DNA from: Lama glama
Taxonomy: Eukaryota
Length of the DNA stretch: 64,000 nucleotides
NCBI GenBank assembly: GCA_028534125.1
Contig: CM052818.1
Location: forward strand, 30,754,001 to 30,818,000
Reading direction: 5' to 3'
Below the pieces are notes generated by a model. That model saw only the letters and a list, made by a program, of their open reading frames with translations, had not been told where the DNA came from and made no database searches. The position numbers were made by a program, and so were the translations under genes. This document shows positions 13,608 through 24,300 of the stretch, piece by piece; the stretch's first letter is position 1; each line of letters starts with the position of its first letter.

Positions 13608-13960
13608 GTTGCAGGCTGGGTCCCCTGGGAGGCAGAGGCTGGGCTGGCGTTTAGCCTGCAGCAAGTTTATGAGAGGATGCTCTTGGGATTGGACACTTGG
13701 AAAGAGAGAGGGAAGGAGGCAGGAGTGGGCACAGGGAGCAGGTGGGCTGCACGTGTGATCTTGAGGGCTTGGCCGGGTCGTGGGGAGTTCTAAAGCTGCG
13801 ATGGCCCTTTGGAGCTATTCCAAGTGGGGCAAGGGACCAGGCCTTTATGTCCCCTCATTGACCACTCACTGGGTGCCGCTGGCCCTGGGAAGAGGCTGTG
13901 GCACGGGGGCAGGCAGGTCTCTGCAGCGGAGGATAATTTCTGGAGGCAGCTTGAAGGTGA
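13608..13960. mobile_element. ERVL-class LTR relic (LTR16/LTR33-like)
   Basis: gggtcccctgggaggcagaggctg...tgcagcaagtttat...tgctcttgggat...ggaaggaggcaggagtgggcacaggg resembles old ERVL LTRs. Confidence 0.45.
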
Positions 13961-16900
13961 GGGCTGGCAGGGCTACCTGCAGCAGGGACGGTGAGTACTC
14001 AAGGACAATCTAGGGGACACAGCAAGTCATCCTCTGCCCTGTGCTGAGCCTGTCCTGTGCCCTTAAGGAGCTTATTATCTGGATGGCGGAATTACCCAAG
14101 TATGTGAATGACAGTGCTGTAAGGTAGCAGCGGCAGATGGAGACCCCAAAGCCCTAGGGATTTGCAGGTGGAGGAGAAGCTGGTGGAGGTGGAAGTGTCA
14201 CGTTTGCTTGCGGGAGTATCTGAATCAGGGCTTGGAAAATCCCGGCTTGTGGATTTTTCTCATTTTTCAGTCAAGGCAGCCTGATTGAAATCCTTGCTGC
14301 ATAATGTGGGGCTTCTTGTACACAGACCACTAGACCTGGATTCCAGGCTGAACACTGAGTCAGTCCCTGGGGCTGAGGAGTGACGTCTGGCCAAGTGCTG
14401 AGGCTGAGAGCCGGTCTGCTTGTTTTCTCTTCATCTCAAGAAATTCCAGGAAATGTCACTGCAGAGTTCAGGGCTACTGTTATCTCAGGCCTCACTTCCT
14501 GTGGTCCCTGGACGTGCCAGGGTATCAGGAGGACGAGCTGCATCTGCTCTGGGGCCTGGACAGCTACTCTGTTCGGGGCCAGAGGCACCAGCTGACTTCC
14601 TTGCAGTTTATATCTTTTCACTCTGGGGCATCTTCCTGAGGGGTAGAACTTTCTGGAATGAAGGGAATTGCCTTACTGCTGAGACAGTGGAGGCATTTAG
14701 GAAGCAGATGAGAGCCTGAGAGAAGCCTGCATGTGAGCAGGTGCCTGCGTGTTGGCATGTCCCCACACTGGCCTCACCCTGACTGTGGCCTTCTTCTCTG
14801 ATGGATTGACAGGGACCTTCCTGCCGGGCCACCCTCCTAGGCTCCCACCTGTGACCAGAGTCATGGCAGCAGCATCTGACCCCATGTCACACGTGCAGAC
14901 TCTTGGTTCCTCAGAGCAGCTGATGGTTCCATGGCAAGACCGAGCTATATGGGATGGAGCAACATGGCTGATGGGAGTGGTGTGCGTGTGTGTGCGCGTA
15001 TACGTGTGTGTGTCACCGGCCTGGAGAGGGCAGAGTGCCCAACTGGGGAGAAGGAGATGGGGGTGGGAAGGAGAATAGAGAAAGAGAAGAGAGAAGTGGC
15101 CTCTGAGAAAGGACACCTGGACTGAAGTCAGATTTCACCAGCGTTATCATTCCGCCAGTAAATCTGAGAGTCTCTTCGAGGTGAATCAAATCCCAGTCCC
15201 ATCCGGTGATAAGGTTGGGATGCAATGAAGGTCATCTTTTCCTGTGCTGGCCTGGCCTTTGCTACTGTCTTAGCTCCTTGTCTTAAACAAGGATTAAGAA
15301 ATGCTACAAAAAAACCCACTGGCTGGCAGAAAAGGAGACTTTACCTGACACAGTAGTGTGATTCTGAAAGTTTATGAATGAAGATAAGCATTTGATATGT
15401 TGTGTATTCACTATACTGGAGAATCTGCTCTGACCTATGACATCCGTCAATGGTCTGTGTTAGAGCTAGGCTGTCATGCTGTCCCTCCCAACAACCCACC
15501 CAGTGAGTGTACCTGGCTTGTTGAAGCCCCCTGCTGGCACCAGACCGTGGTGCCCAGGAGTTCAGGCAGGGATGCAGGGCTGTGCACTTTGCCCAGGTGG
15601 CAGAAGCCGCCATGGTCCAGGGCCTGCAGGTACCCACAGGTAGACTCTGGGCCCCGGCACCTCGCAGGCACTCCAGCACTGCCAGCATGGCTCTTCCCAG
15701 AGCCTCCACATCTCCTCCTCTGTTCTCCTTGCTCTCTGTGCCTTTTGGGGGCCTGGCTGCTCTCCTTCCCTCCATAGATAGGATTCTCACCTCTTTACTG
15801 ATCCATCCTCTTTAAGCACGTGCCAACGAAACTCACATGTGCAGAGATGATGTCACTGGTGAACCTTCCCAGCTATCATTTCTTTGTATTCTCACAATAT
15901 CTCCAAAAAATGGAAATACTCCCTCCTTAGGGGAAAATTAAATGGAGGCACAGAGAGACCAACCCAGCTTATTCTGACGCTGGGGTTCAGAGGTAGCCTG
16001 GGGACTCAGGGGTAGCCTGAATCCCCAGTCCCCGCCCTTTCCATCGCTCCTCTGTGTAATGATGCGTGTATACGCTGACCTGTCCCTGGGCTGTGGTTGC
16101 CGCCATGTTGCATTTCCTCAGGCGGCATTGGCAGAAACTCCCATCATGAAACTCTAGTAGGGGAGACAGAACTGCTGTTTTTAACATTTCCTTATTTTAA
16201 CATCTCAAGTGTTCTAAGTGCACACTTTCAGACCCTCTGGTTTCTTAGAAAGGGATTATTGCTTTGAAAATTCCCCAGCCATCTTCTCTCTGGAAAGCCC
16301 TGCCATCCCCTCTTCCCCACTCCTCCAGCGCGAACCACATCAGTGTATCCTCCTGACACAGGCACACACACACACACACCCTCCACAAAGCCTCCCCTGC
16401 TGCAGCCTGGGTCTCCTTTGCACATCTCAGTGGTGCTGTGGCATCCTGCTCAGGTGGGCAAACACCAGTGACAGATGATCATTTATGGGGCTGTCACTAG
16501 TGCAGGCCACCACTTCACCTGGCCTCAAGCAAGGCCTCTAGCTTCTCAGGCATAAAAAGGAAGCTGTGAGGTCAGGAAGCTTTTGTGTTAGCTGTTGGTC
16601 CACCTCTGGCACGATCCACTTCAGCAAACTCTCCCATGAGTATTTCTGCCTGGCAGGACCTGCAGTCACATCCTGAACCTGGCTGCAAGGGGTTCTGGGA
16701 GTTGTAGTTTCTCTCTTTCCAACCTGTGCGCTCTCTGATTAGCTCTAGGCAGACAAATGCCCGAACCCCAGGTTCTTTATTATTGCAGGAAAAGACAGGT
16801 CCTATCAGTGTTTAGCTCCATCGGTGTGAAGTTCTCCAGCTTAAAAAGCAATATTGAATGGTTGGGTCTGGGACATTGCAGAAAATGGCTTAAGGACCCT

Positions 16901-17879
16901 AAAGGACTTTGGGCAAATCACCTATGCCTTAGGCTTCAGGTGACCTTGGTTCTTAAAAAGCAGGAACTCAATCTCCCAGAAGACTTCCTCTCTTTACACT
17001 TACTCACTGGACTAAACGATGGGAAGAACTTCGCGGGTATTTGGGTCATAATGGTCTAGGTGACGCTGGGTAAGAATTAGCCCGGGACTATTAGTGGCTT
17101 AAAATGAAAATGACTAGAGTTTACATTTTGCTCGTGCCACCTGCCCAGTGCCGGCTGGCGACAGGCGTCAGAGCGAGCCAGGGACGTGGGCTCCGCAAGC
17201 CTGCCGCATGCACTCCCGCCAGGCAAGAGAAGCAGAACGTGGCAAACTGCAGGCTCGTTTCTGCCAGGAAGGGACACAGCGCTCACCACCATGTCTCGCC
17301 AGCCGAGGCGAGTCCCCCCAGCTCACTGAACTTGAAGGAGGCAGAAAGTTCAGTCCTCCCTGTGCCGGCAGGCAGGACCGCAGGACCGCAGGACCGCAGC
17401 AGCACTGGGGACGGCACTCATTACCTCCAGGGCAGGTCGGGGTGAGCGTGCCCCTTTCGTCCTCCCAGTTCCCTCATGGCCCCAGCTGGGATAACTCACA
17501 TTCCCCCGTTGTCCTTTTCCTTTTTCTTCAGGCACTGAAAATTTCAACTTTAAGGATACTGATAAAATTTGTTCTTGGAAGTGGCCTATGAAAAACCATT
17601 CCCCAGGGGAAAAATTCTCATCATGCTTTTCCTCAAATACATCAGAGACTCTGAGTCTGTCAGGACTTCCTGGGCTGGGAATGCTGTGTGTTTGCTTTTG
17701 TACAAAAATCCTGTCTTCCTCGGATTAGGGAAGGGAGATAACGGGGCAGCCCCCAGGAGGCCTTGGGTCAACCTCAAGTGCCCCACCCTCCCCCCAGGCT
17801 CCCTCTGATCACCTCCTCCCCAGCTGGAAGCTATTTCTGACCCTCATGAGCCCCCAGTTTGCCTGCACTCCCCCGTTCC

Positions 17880-18145
17880 AGGACCTGTCACGGTCCCTCG
17901 TTGTATTGTCAAGGTTTGCGTAAATGTCTCATTTCCCTGAATAGGCTGTGGGCACTTTGAGAGCTGGAACTTGGTTAGATCCACCTGGAATTGTCCCTCC
18001 TGCACAGAGGACATGTACTAAGTACTTTTGCATGGCTCAGTGGATGTACAAATCTCATCTGAGGGCCTCTTCTGCAGGGTGTTCTCAGTGTCTTGTGAGT
18101 GAAAGGATGGAAGGATGGATGGGTGGATGGATGGATGGACGGACA
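17880..18145 (+). mobile_element. L2 3' end with (GGAT)n tail
   Basis: Degenerate L2 3' motifs followed by tgaaaggatggaaggatggatgggtggatggatggatgga. Confidence 0.5.
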
Positions 18146-19229
18146 AATTAAATAATAGAAGACTGAATACGTATAGAGGCTAGTTAACATCTCACAGGGA
18201 AAATAAGACTGTTCCCCCCATAGCTGTGCTAACTCGGACCAGCAAACACGTGAATGTCGGTTCTTGGAGCAGAGGGGACAGATGGGAGTGGCAGTGACTC
18301 AGGGTAACCTCCCCCCACTCACCAAACTGAGGCCACGCCCTGCTGTGTCCCCTGAACACTAAGCTTTGGTCATGACTTAGCCCTCAGATGCCAGGGGCAA
18401 GCTTCCCGGAGACAGTGATAATCTCTGTGGTGCAGGCTGAGTTGGGGGGAACGAGCCACAGGCCAGCGTGGGCTCTAGGGAGCCTTGCTGCTAAGACTGC
18501 CACAGCGTGTCTCTGTTTCCACGTGAAATGGTTTCCAGGCTGAGGCACGAGATCTCCCCTGACCCCAGAGCCTGCAAGAGGTCAGTAGGCAAGGCAGCAA
18601 GAGCCAGAGGGACAGCCCTAGAGAAAGTGTTCCTCAAGTGTCCCCTCACCTACGGGGAGGAGCTTCAGGCACCATTTCCTCTTTCTCAGGAGATGGGAAA
18701 AGTGCCAGCGTGTAACTCCCACCCCTCCCGGCTCTCTCAGGAGCGGAGCCTTGAAGAAGGGAGGGGGAGAGGCAGGGCACGAAGGTGGTACATGTGGCAT
18801 GGGAGATTTAGGGGGCTAACACACCCCCTTTCATCTAAAATACAGACACCTCCGCTCCCTCTGCATCTCCCCACTTCTCCTTCAGCTCAAGTAAAGGCAC
18901 AGAGCTGAGACATGGTCCCTCTGCTGGGCCTGGCACTTGAGTTAGAGGAGGTTAGACCTCTCTGCCTCAGTCTTCCTTTGCAGGAGAAAGAGAAATGCGG
19001 GGATGCAGAAGGAAGCCCAGGAGCTAGGGACCACTTCCACTCCAGAGTGGCAGGGTGGTTCCACCGGGGCAGCCTGGATAGTCAATGAGCCCAGAGAGGC
19101 ACCAGGCCAGTGGGATACTGTCTGTGGATGCTGGCTACGGACAGCCCTGATCCTCTGCCAAAGATGCCCAAGTAAGAACCCAGATCCTCTTCCTCAGCCT
19201 CCCATGGAATGATGCTCTGTGGCCAAGAA

Positions 19230-20843
19230 GGTACCAAAGGATAAATGTGCTATATTGACATGAATACTGATGACAAATGCACTGCAGTAGTAAGCACATC
19301 ATAGATCACAGAATATTCTCTATGTAGTCTGAACGTAGATACAAAATAAGTTATACTTATTTTCGTTTTCCATCACAATAGGAGCATAGCATACAAAGTG
19401 ACTGGCTCAGTGACCACAAAGCAAGCCAAGGGAGGGACCATGAGGGAGGCAGGAGGGCACCAAGAATGGTGTGGGTTTGCCAAGGACACTGCAGAGTCAT
19501 GGGGTCCTGCAGGGAACACGACCTCAGCCCTCTCAAGCTGGCCCTCTGAGAACGGAGGTCCCACTCGGTAAGAGTCGGTGGCTGCATTTGAGCTGGGATG
19601 ATTCAGGCTACTGGGTGGGAGGCGGAGTAGAGACAGAGGCAAACAGCCCCCAGCAGGCCAGCCCACTCTCCGGCTGGCGATGTTGGGCTTCTGCGATTTT
19701 AGGAACACAGGGCGCATCGCCAGAAGGCACAGTTTGCTTCTGTGATGTGATAGATGGCCAGACTGGTAGCCCACCAAATGCTGGCTGGCCCTTCTCCCCC
19801 GCCAGCCTGCTCTGCGAGGCCGTGAGGGGCTGCATACTTTGCTTCTTCTCCATGCTTTGTCCTCAAGCGGACACTGGGCTCCTGCACCTTATCAGGACGG
19901 AGGGAAGAGTCCATGGCCCTGGCTTGATCGTGTGTGAGCTCTGTGGTGCTGGGAGGGGCACCTAGACCCCTCTGAGGCCCAGGCTCCTCCCTGCAAAAGG
20001 AGGGACTAAGGCATACTTCCTCGGAGAGTGGTGAGGACCACGTGGGCTCACGTGCATCCAGTGCTCCTGGCACTCAAAATGCGAGTCAAGAACAAGCATC
20101 CACACGAGAGGCCGGTAGGAAAAACATGAATCTCACAGAATCTGTGGAACCAAGCCACCCTGACTGGCTGTGAGAGCAGAGGATGACGGGACAGTTTCTT
20201 GGCTTTCTTGCCTGCCAATTTTTTTCTCTTGTCTCTCTGGTTCTGGGATTCTTTGAAACGAAGTGCAAGCAGGGTTCAAAGCCAGGTTTGCCGAAGCAGT
20301 CAGGGCCCAAGCCAGGGAAGGAACATGGCTCAGGGCCATGTCTCTTCAAGTCAGGGGCCTGGCTCCCCTAGGGTGCTTCCCTCTCCCCTCCCCACCTGCA
20401 GTAGCCGGCCCCCCCACCTTCCCTCACATATCCTGGTCCCAGAGCAGATTTCGTACTAGGAAGCCAAAGACGGGGGAGAAAGCACAGGGGGAAAATGGAC
20501 TGCGTATTCAGTGAAAAGCCCTCTCCATCTGCTCTGAGTCGGGAGAATCGGGAGGTGGGTGGGCCATCTGTGGGCAAGGGAACCGCCTCTGCAGGGGAAG
20601 GCAGGTCTCTGGGCAGTGGGATATGGGAGGGAAGGAGGGCTGGAGACCTAGGCTTGACACCTGGGGCCCTGGGAGTGCGCCTGTGCTTCAACCAAAGCCA
20701 AGAACTTGAAGATCCACCTGGAAACCTGGGGATCACTGTCCCCTCTGGTCTGCAGTGCTGTTCTCAAGGTCTGTGTGTGTGTATGTGGCATCGCCTCTCC
20801 CAGCTCCTCTAACACCTCCCGCTCTGCACTCCTGCACCTCCCG
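19230..20843 (-). other. EHD3: EHD3 3' UTR (distal end uncertain)
   Basis: Sequence without recognisable interspersed repeats after the stop, ending in an AU-rich block at about 19240-19400. Variant poly(A) signal AATATA at 19256-19251; the nearest canonical AATAAA I spotted on this strand is at 16781-16776. Confidence 0.5.
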
Positions 20844-21371
20844 TCACTCGGCAGCTTTCCTCTTGGATGGGGGCACGAGGTGGGCAGGCAGCTCGCTGGG
20901 CAGCTCATGCCCCTCCAGCTTGACTTTGATGAGGTGGTTGGCCAGCGCGAACTCCTCATCATCCAGCATGCCATCCTTGTCGACGTCGGCCAGCTTCCAG
21001 ATCTTGCCCAGCACGCTGTTGGGCAGCTTGGAGCGCACCATCTCCTTCTTGGCGTTGGCACCTGTGATCTTGCCGTCCACCGGCGACAGGGTGTAGAATA
21101 TCTCATCGTACATGGGCTTGTCCCTGGCCACCACCCACTCGGCGTCATCGATGCCCTCCCCAGCCCCCTCCCCGTAGCCGTGCCCAAAGGGGCTGTGCAG
21201 GGTGCCCTCGAAGGCTCCGCCCTTCACCCCCTGGATGGGCCGCCGTGTCTCCTCCTGGCGCACCAGCGTCATGAGCTGGGCGATGTCCTGGGCCAGCATG
21301 TCGTCCACCACCTCCAGCAGCTTGCTCTTCAGAGGTGGGAATTTGCTGAAGTCCTGGGCCTGCAGCTGGTC
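20844..21371 (-). CDS. EHD3: EHD3 coding part of exon 6 (528 nt including TGA; linker and EH domain)
   Basis: Acceptor ctcttcccag|GAC; encodes [11 protein letters not shown]...[15 protein letters not shown]...KIWKLAD...[12 protein letters not shown] at 20846-20844. Confidence 0.97.
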   Translation of the reverse strand, partial: DQLQAQDFSKFPPLKSKLLEVVDDMLAQDIAQLMTLVRQEETRRPIQGVKGGAFEGTLHSPFGHGYGEGAGEGIDDAEWVVARDKPMYDEIFYTLSPVDGKITGANAKKEMVRSKLPNSVLGKIWKLADVDKDGMLDDEEFALANHLIKVKLEGHELPSELPAHLVPPSKRKAAE

Positions 21372-24300
21372 CTGGGAAGAGGGGGAGAAAAGAAGGTGGG
21401 GATGGAAGGCAATGGAAGGAGATCCCTCCCTCGTTGGGGAGGCTACCTCCTGCTAATGCAAGAATGGTCACAGCTCTTCGGCCTGGAGGCTAAGTGAATC
21501 CACATCACAAAATCATAAAAGATATGAGAGCAGGAGAAAAAAGGCACATTGGCCTTTGGCTCTTTTCAGGAGAGAGCAGAGCAGCGACAGGGATTGGAAA
21601 AGAAAGGGAAACTTAACAATTATCTGTTTGATCCATTTGGATTCCCTTTAATGTTCCAGAAAATGCATACAGTCAGTCCTCTGTATACGAGGGCTCTGCA
21701 TCCGTGAATAAGGAGGGCCAACTGTACCGTGCCATCTTGTCTAAGGGACTTGAGCATCTGTGGACTTCGGTGTCAGTGGAGGGTCCTGGAACCAGTCCCC
21801 TGCGGACACCGAGGGAATGACTAAATTCCTCTCCAAGTTTGGCTGCTGAACGGTGGTTCTTGAACGCTGAAGACTGGGTCATGTGGGTGTCCACCTCAGT
21901 AAGGGTTACACCTGAAAACGCCGGAAGTGCTGTCACTACATTAATGATCTCATTCACTCTGCCCCCCACAGCTCGTGCCTTTGTGAGAGCAGGCAATCAC
22001 ATTCTGTCACCTTTTAGGGAAGGAAAAACGGAGGCATAGGCAACGAAAAACAAATCACAGCAGAAGGCAAATGTCATTCCGAAGCCAGCGGCTCTTAATA
22101 AGGGTGCTCACGGGATTATCTGGAACGAGTTTTCAACCATCGGCTTCTCCCTGAGGGTCCTGACACAGCAGGCAGGGGTGGCAGGCAGGTTTGTAAAGCT
22201 CCCCTTGTTGACTTCTCAAGACCCCACCACATTGTAAACGAAGTATGTTCCTGCTTTGCATGTCTTTGCCGTTTTGAAAGGTCCTGGGTCTCCAACACCC
22301 AGCTTCTCCTTGGCCTCTATAATGACAAGATGAGAGCTTCCCACTCCTGCCACTGCAGTCTCAGGGCCGTGGGAGGAGCTGGTGCACAGGGGACAGTCTC
22401 AGGACAAGCACAGTGAGGTCACCGCAGAAAAATTCAGAAAACACCCACGCTACATTTCAAGAGCAAGTGTGAGGCTGGGCGTGCTCACCTCCCTTCAGGG
22501 AGGACAAGCCCTTTCTTCTGCTCTAGGTCCCTCTGTCTCTCCCAGCCTGTCCACATCTAGGTGTGTTCGGTGGGCTCCCAACTAGGGGTCCCAATATCTT
22601 CCAGGGGACACAGTGGGTGCTCCCACCAACACACATGTGCCCCGACAGGACAACTGTTTCCATTACTGATGCAGCCCCCTAACAATAGAACCTGACGTCC
22701 GACTGGCAAATGAGCAAGAAGGTGAAACCATTTATGCTGCAAAAGGATTCTTCCCATTTGAAAAAGTCATATGATCCCTATCAAATGTCATCCTCCCCAA
22801 ACATGCGCTTACAGATCATTAATTCTTAACAGAAAGAGAAACTGAAAGTTGAAATCCAAATTACACGAAAGCAATTCTGAAATTAGTGACTGACTCATGG
22901 TAGGCGGCTACAGGAATGAATGGATGCATGAGCAAACGCATACTTTGGATGTCTGTTTTGTCTTTCTTTTCATTTTGACAGATAGGAAACTGAAAAATGC
23001 CTCTTTGGTACTGCACTGATGTTCTGAAACCCTAACATTAACAAGAACAAAAACAACATTACTACTACATCTGCTGCTGTTTTTTTCCTAATTGCCTCAT
23101 CCTTAATACGTTTTTTATTTTTAAATAATTACAGAACCATGAGAATCTGCAAAAACTGTCCAGAGAAGTCGGTCCTTTGTACTCATTACCCAGCTTCCCC
23201 TACTGGTGACATCTTCCCTAACTTGCTACTGCACTTTAAGAGCATAGTCTGTGCCAGGCCACGCTGAGGGCCTTGCACATGTTATCTGATGGATACTCAC
23301 AGTATCCACACAAGGAGGGGCTTTTGTAGTCTCAATATGTAGATGAGGAGACAGATGCTCAGAGAGGATCCAGTCAGTATTGTACCGTAGTTCTTTGCTT
23401 AGACCGTGGACAGCTTCTGGGGTTTCTACTTGCAGCCTATGTGAACACTGCACTCAGAAAACCCTAAGCAGGTTAATTACCTTTGTAAACTTTAGTTTGC
23501 TCATCTGTAAAAGGAGGAGGAAATGCCTTCCCTGGGGGACTGTTTCAGGGATAATATAAGAAACCATGTGTCACAGACCCTAGCCCAAGAGAGGGGCCCA
23601 CGGTGCACCCCAAAGATGGTGATCTCCGGTGCAGACTTCTGCTTCTCCACGGCTTATGTCCCAAATCGCTCCCAAGTGGGAGCTCAGTGGTAAACTTAAG
23701 CAATGAAAGGCCAAGAGAGTGTTCATTTGTCAGGTGACTTGCTTTGTTTCACGTGACCCCGTGGGGAGTCCAAACCTGTGGTAGCCATGACTGGGAAAAC
23801 TGGAGGTGTCAGAATCCAAACACCTGCTGACACCCCTGCCCCACTGGGAGCCCTGGGCTCTGTGTCTTACCCCAGGCCCAGATACGGCACCTGTTAGGCC
23901 GGGGTCAATCCAACAGGGAAAGCAGACCCTGGGCCATCTGCCTGCCTGCTGGTTCTGAGTTGAGTTTCACCCCAGGGCATCCAAGGGGGGCCTCCTTCAA
24001 GCTCAGGCTGCTCAGCCAGCTTGTGTGACATTGGCCCTTTCCTGGAGCCTCAGAGCCTGCTTACCTGCATCCTCTTCAGGTTGGGAAAGTCCCCAGGTGA
24101 GATCTGGTGCTCCCGCTCAATCTGGCGATAAATCTCGCCCAGGTTGTTCACCAGCTCCTTTTTCTTGTTGTCCTTTCCAAACACCGAGGGCATCTCCTTC
24201 TTCAGAGAGCTGATGATGTACGCATGGACCTGCATAACAGGAGCAGAGAGAAACCTTCAGATCAAGACCTTGATTCTTTCCTTTCCTCGAGGGCAGCTCC

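Noticed and set aside
1..19000. XDH 3' exons expected from human synteny
   Set aside because: No xanthine dehydrogenase-like peptide found in the ORF track or by reading; the gene probably lies outside the window.
20706..21497. 263-aa plus-strand ORF antisense to EHD3 exon 6
   Set aside because: Shadow ORF expected from the GC3-rich codons of the real exon; non-ATG start and no recognisable domain.
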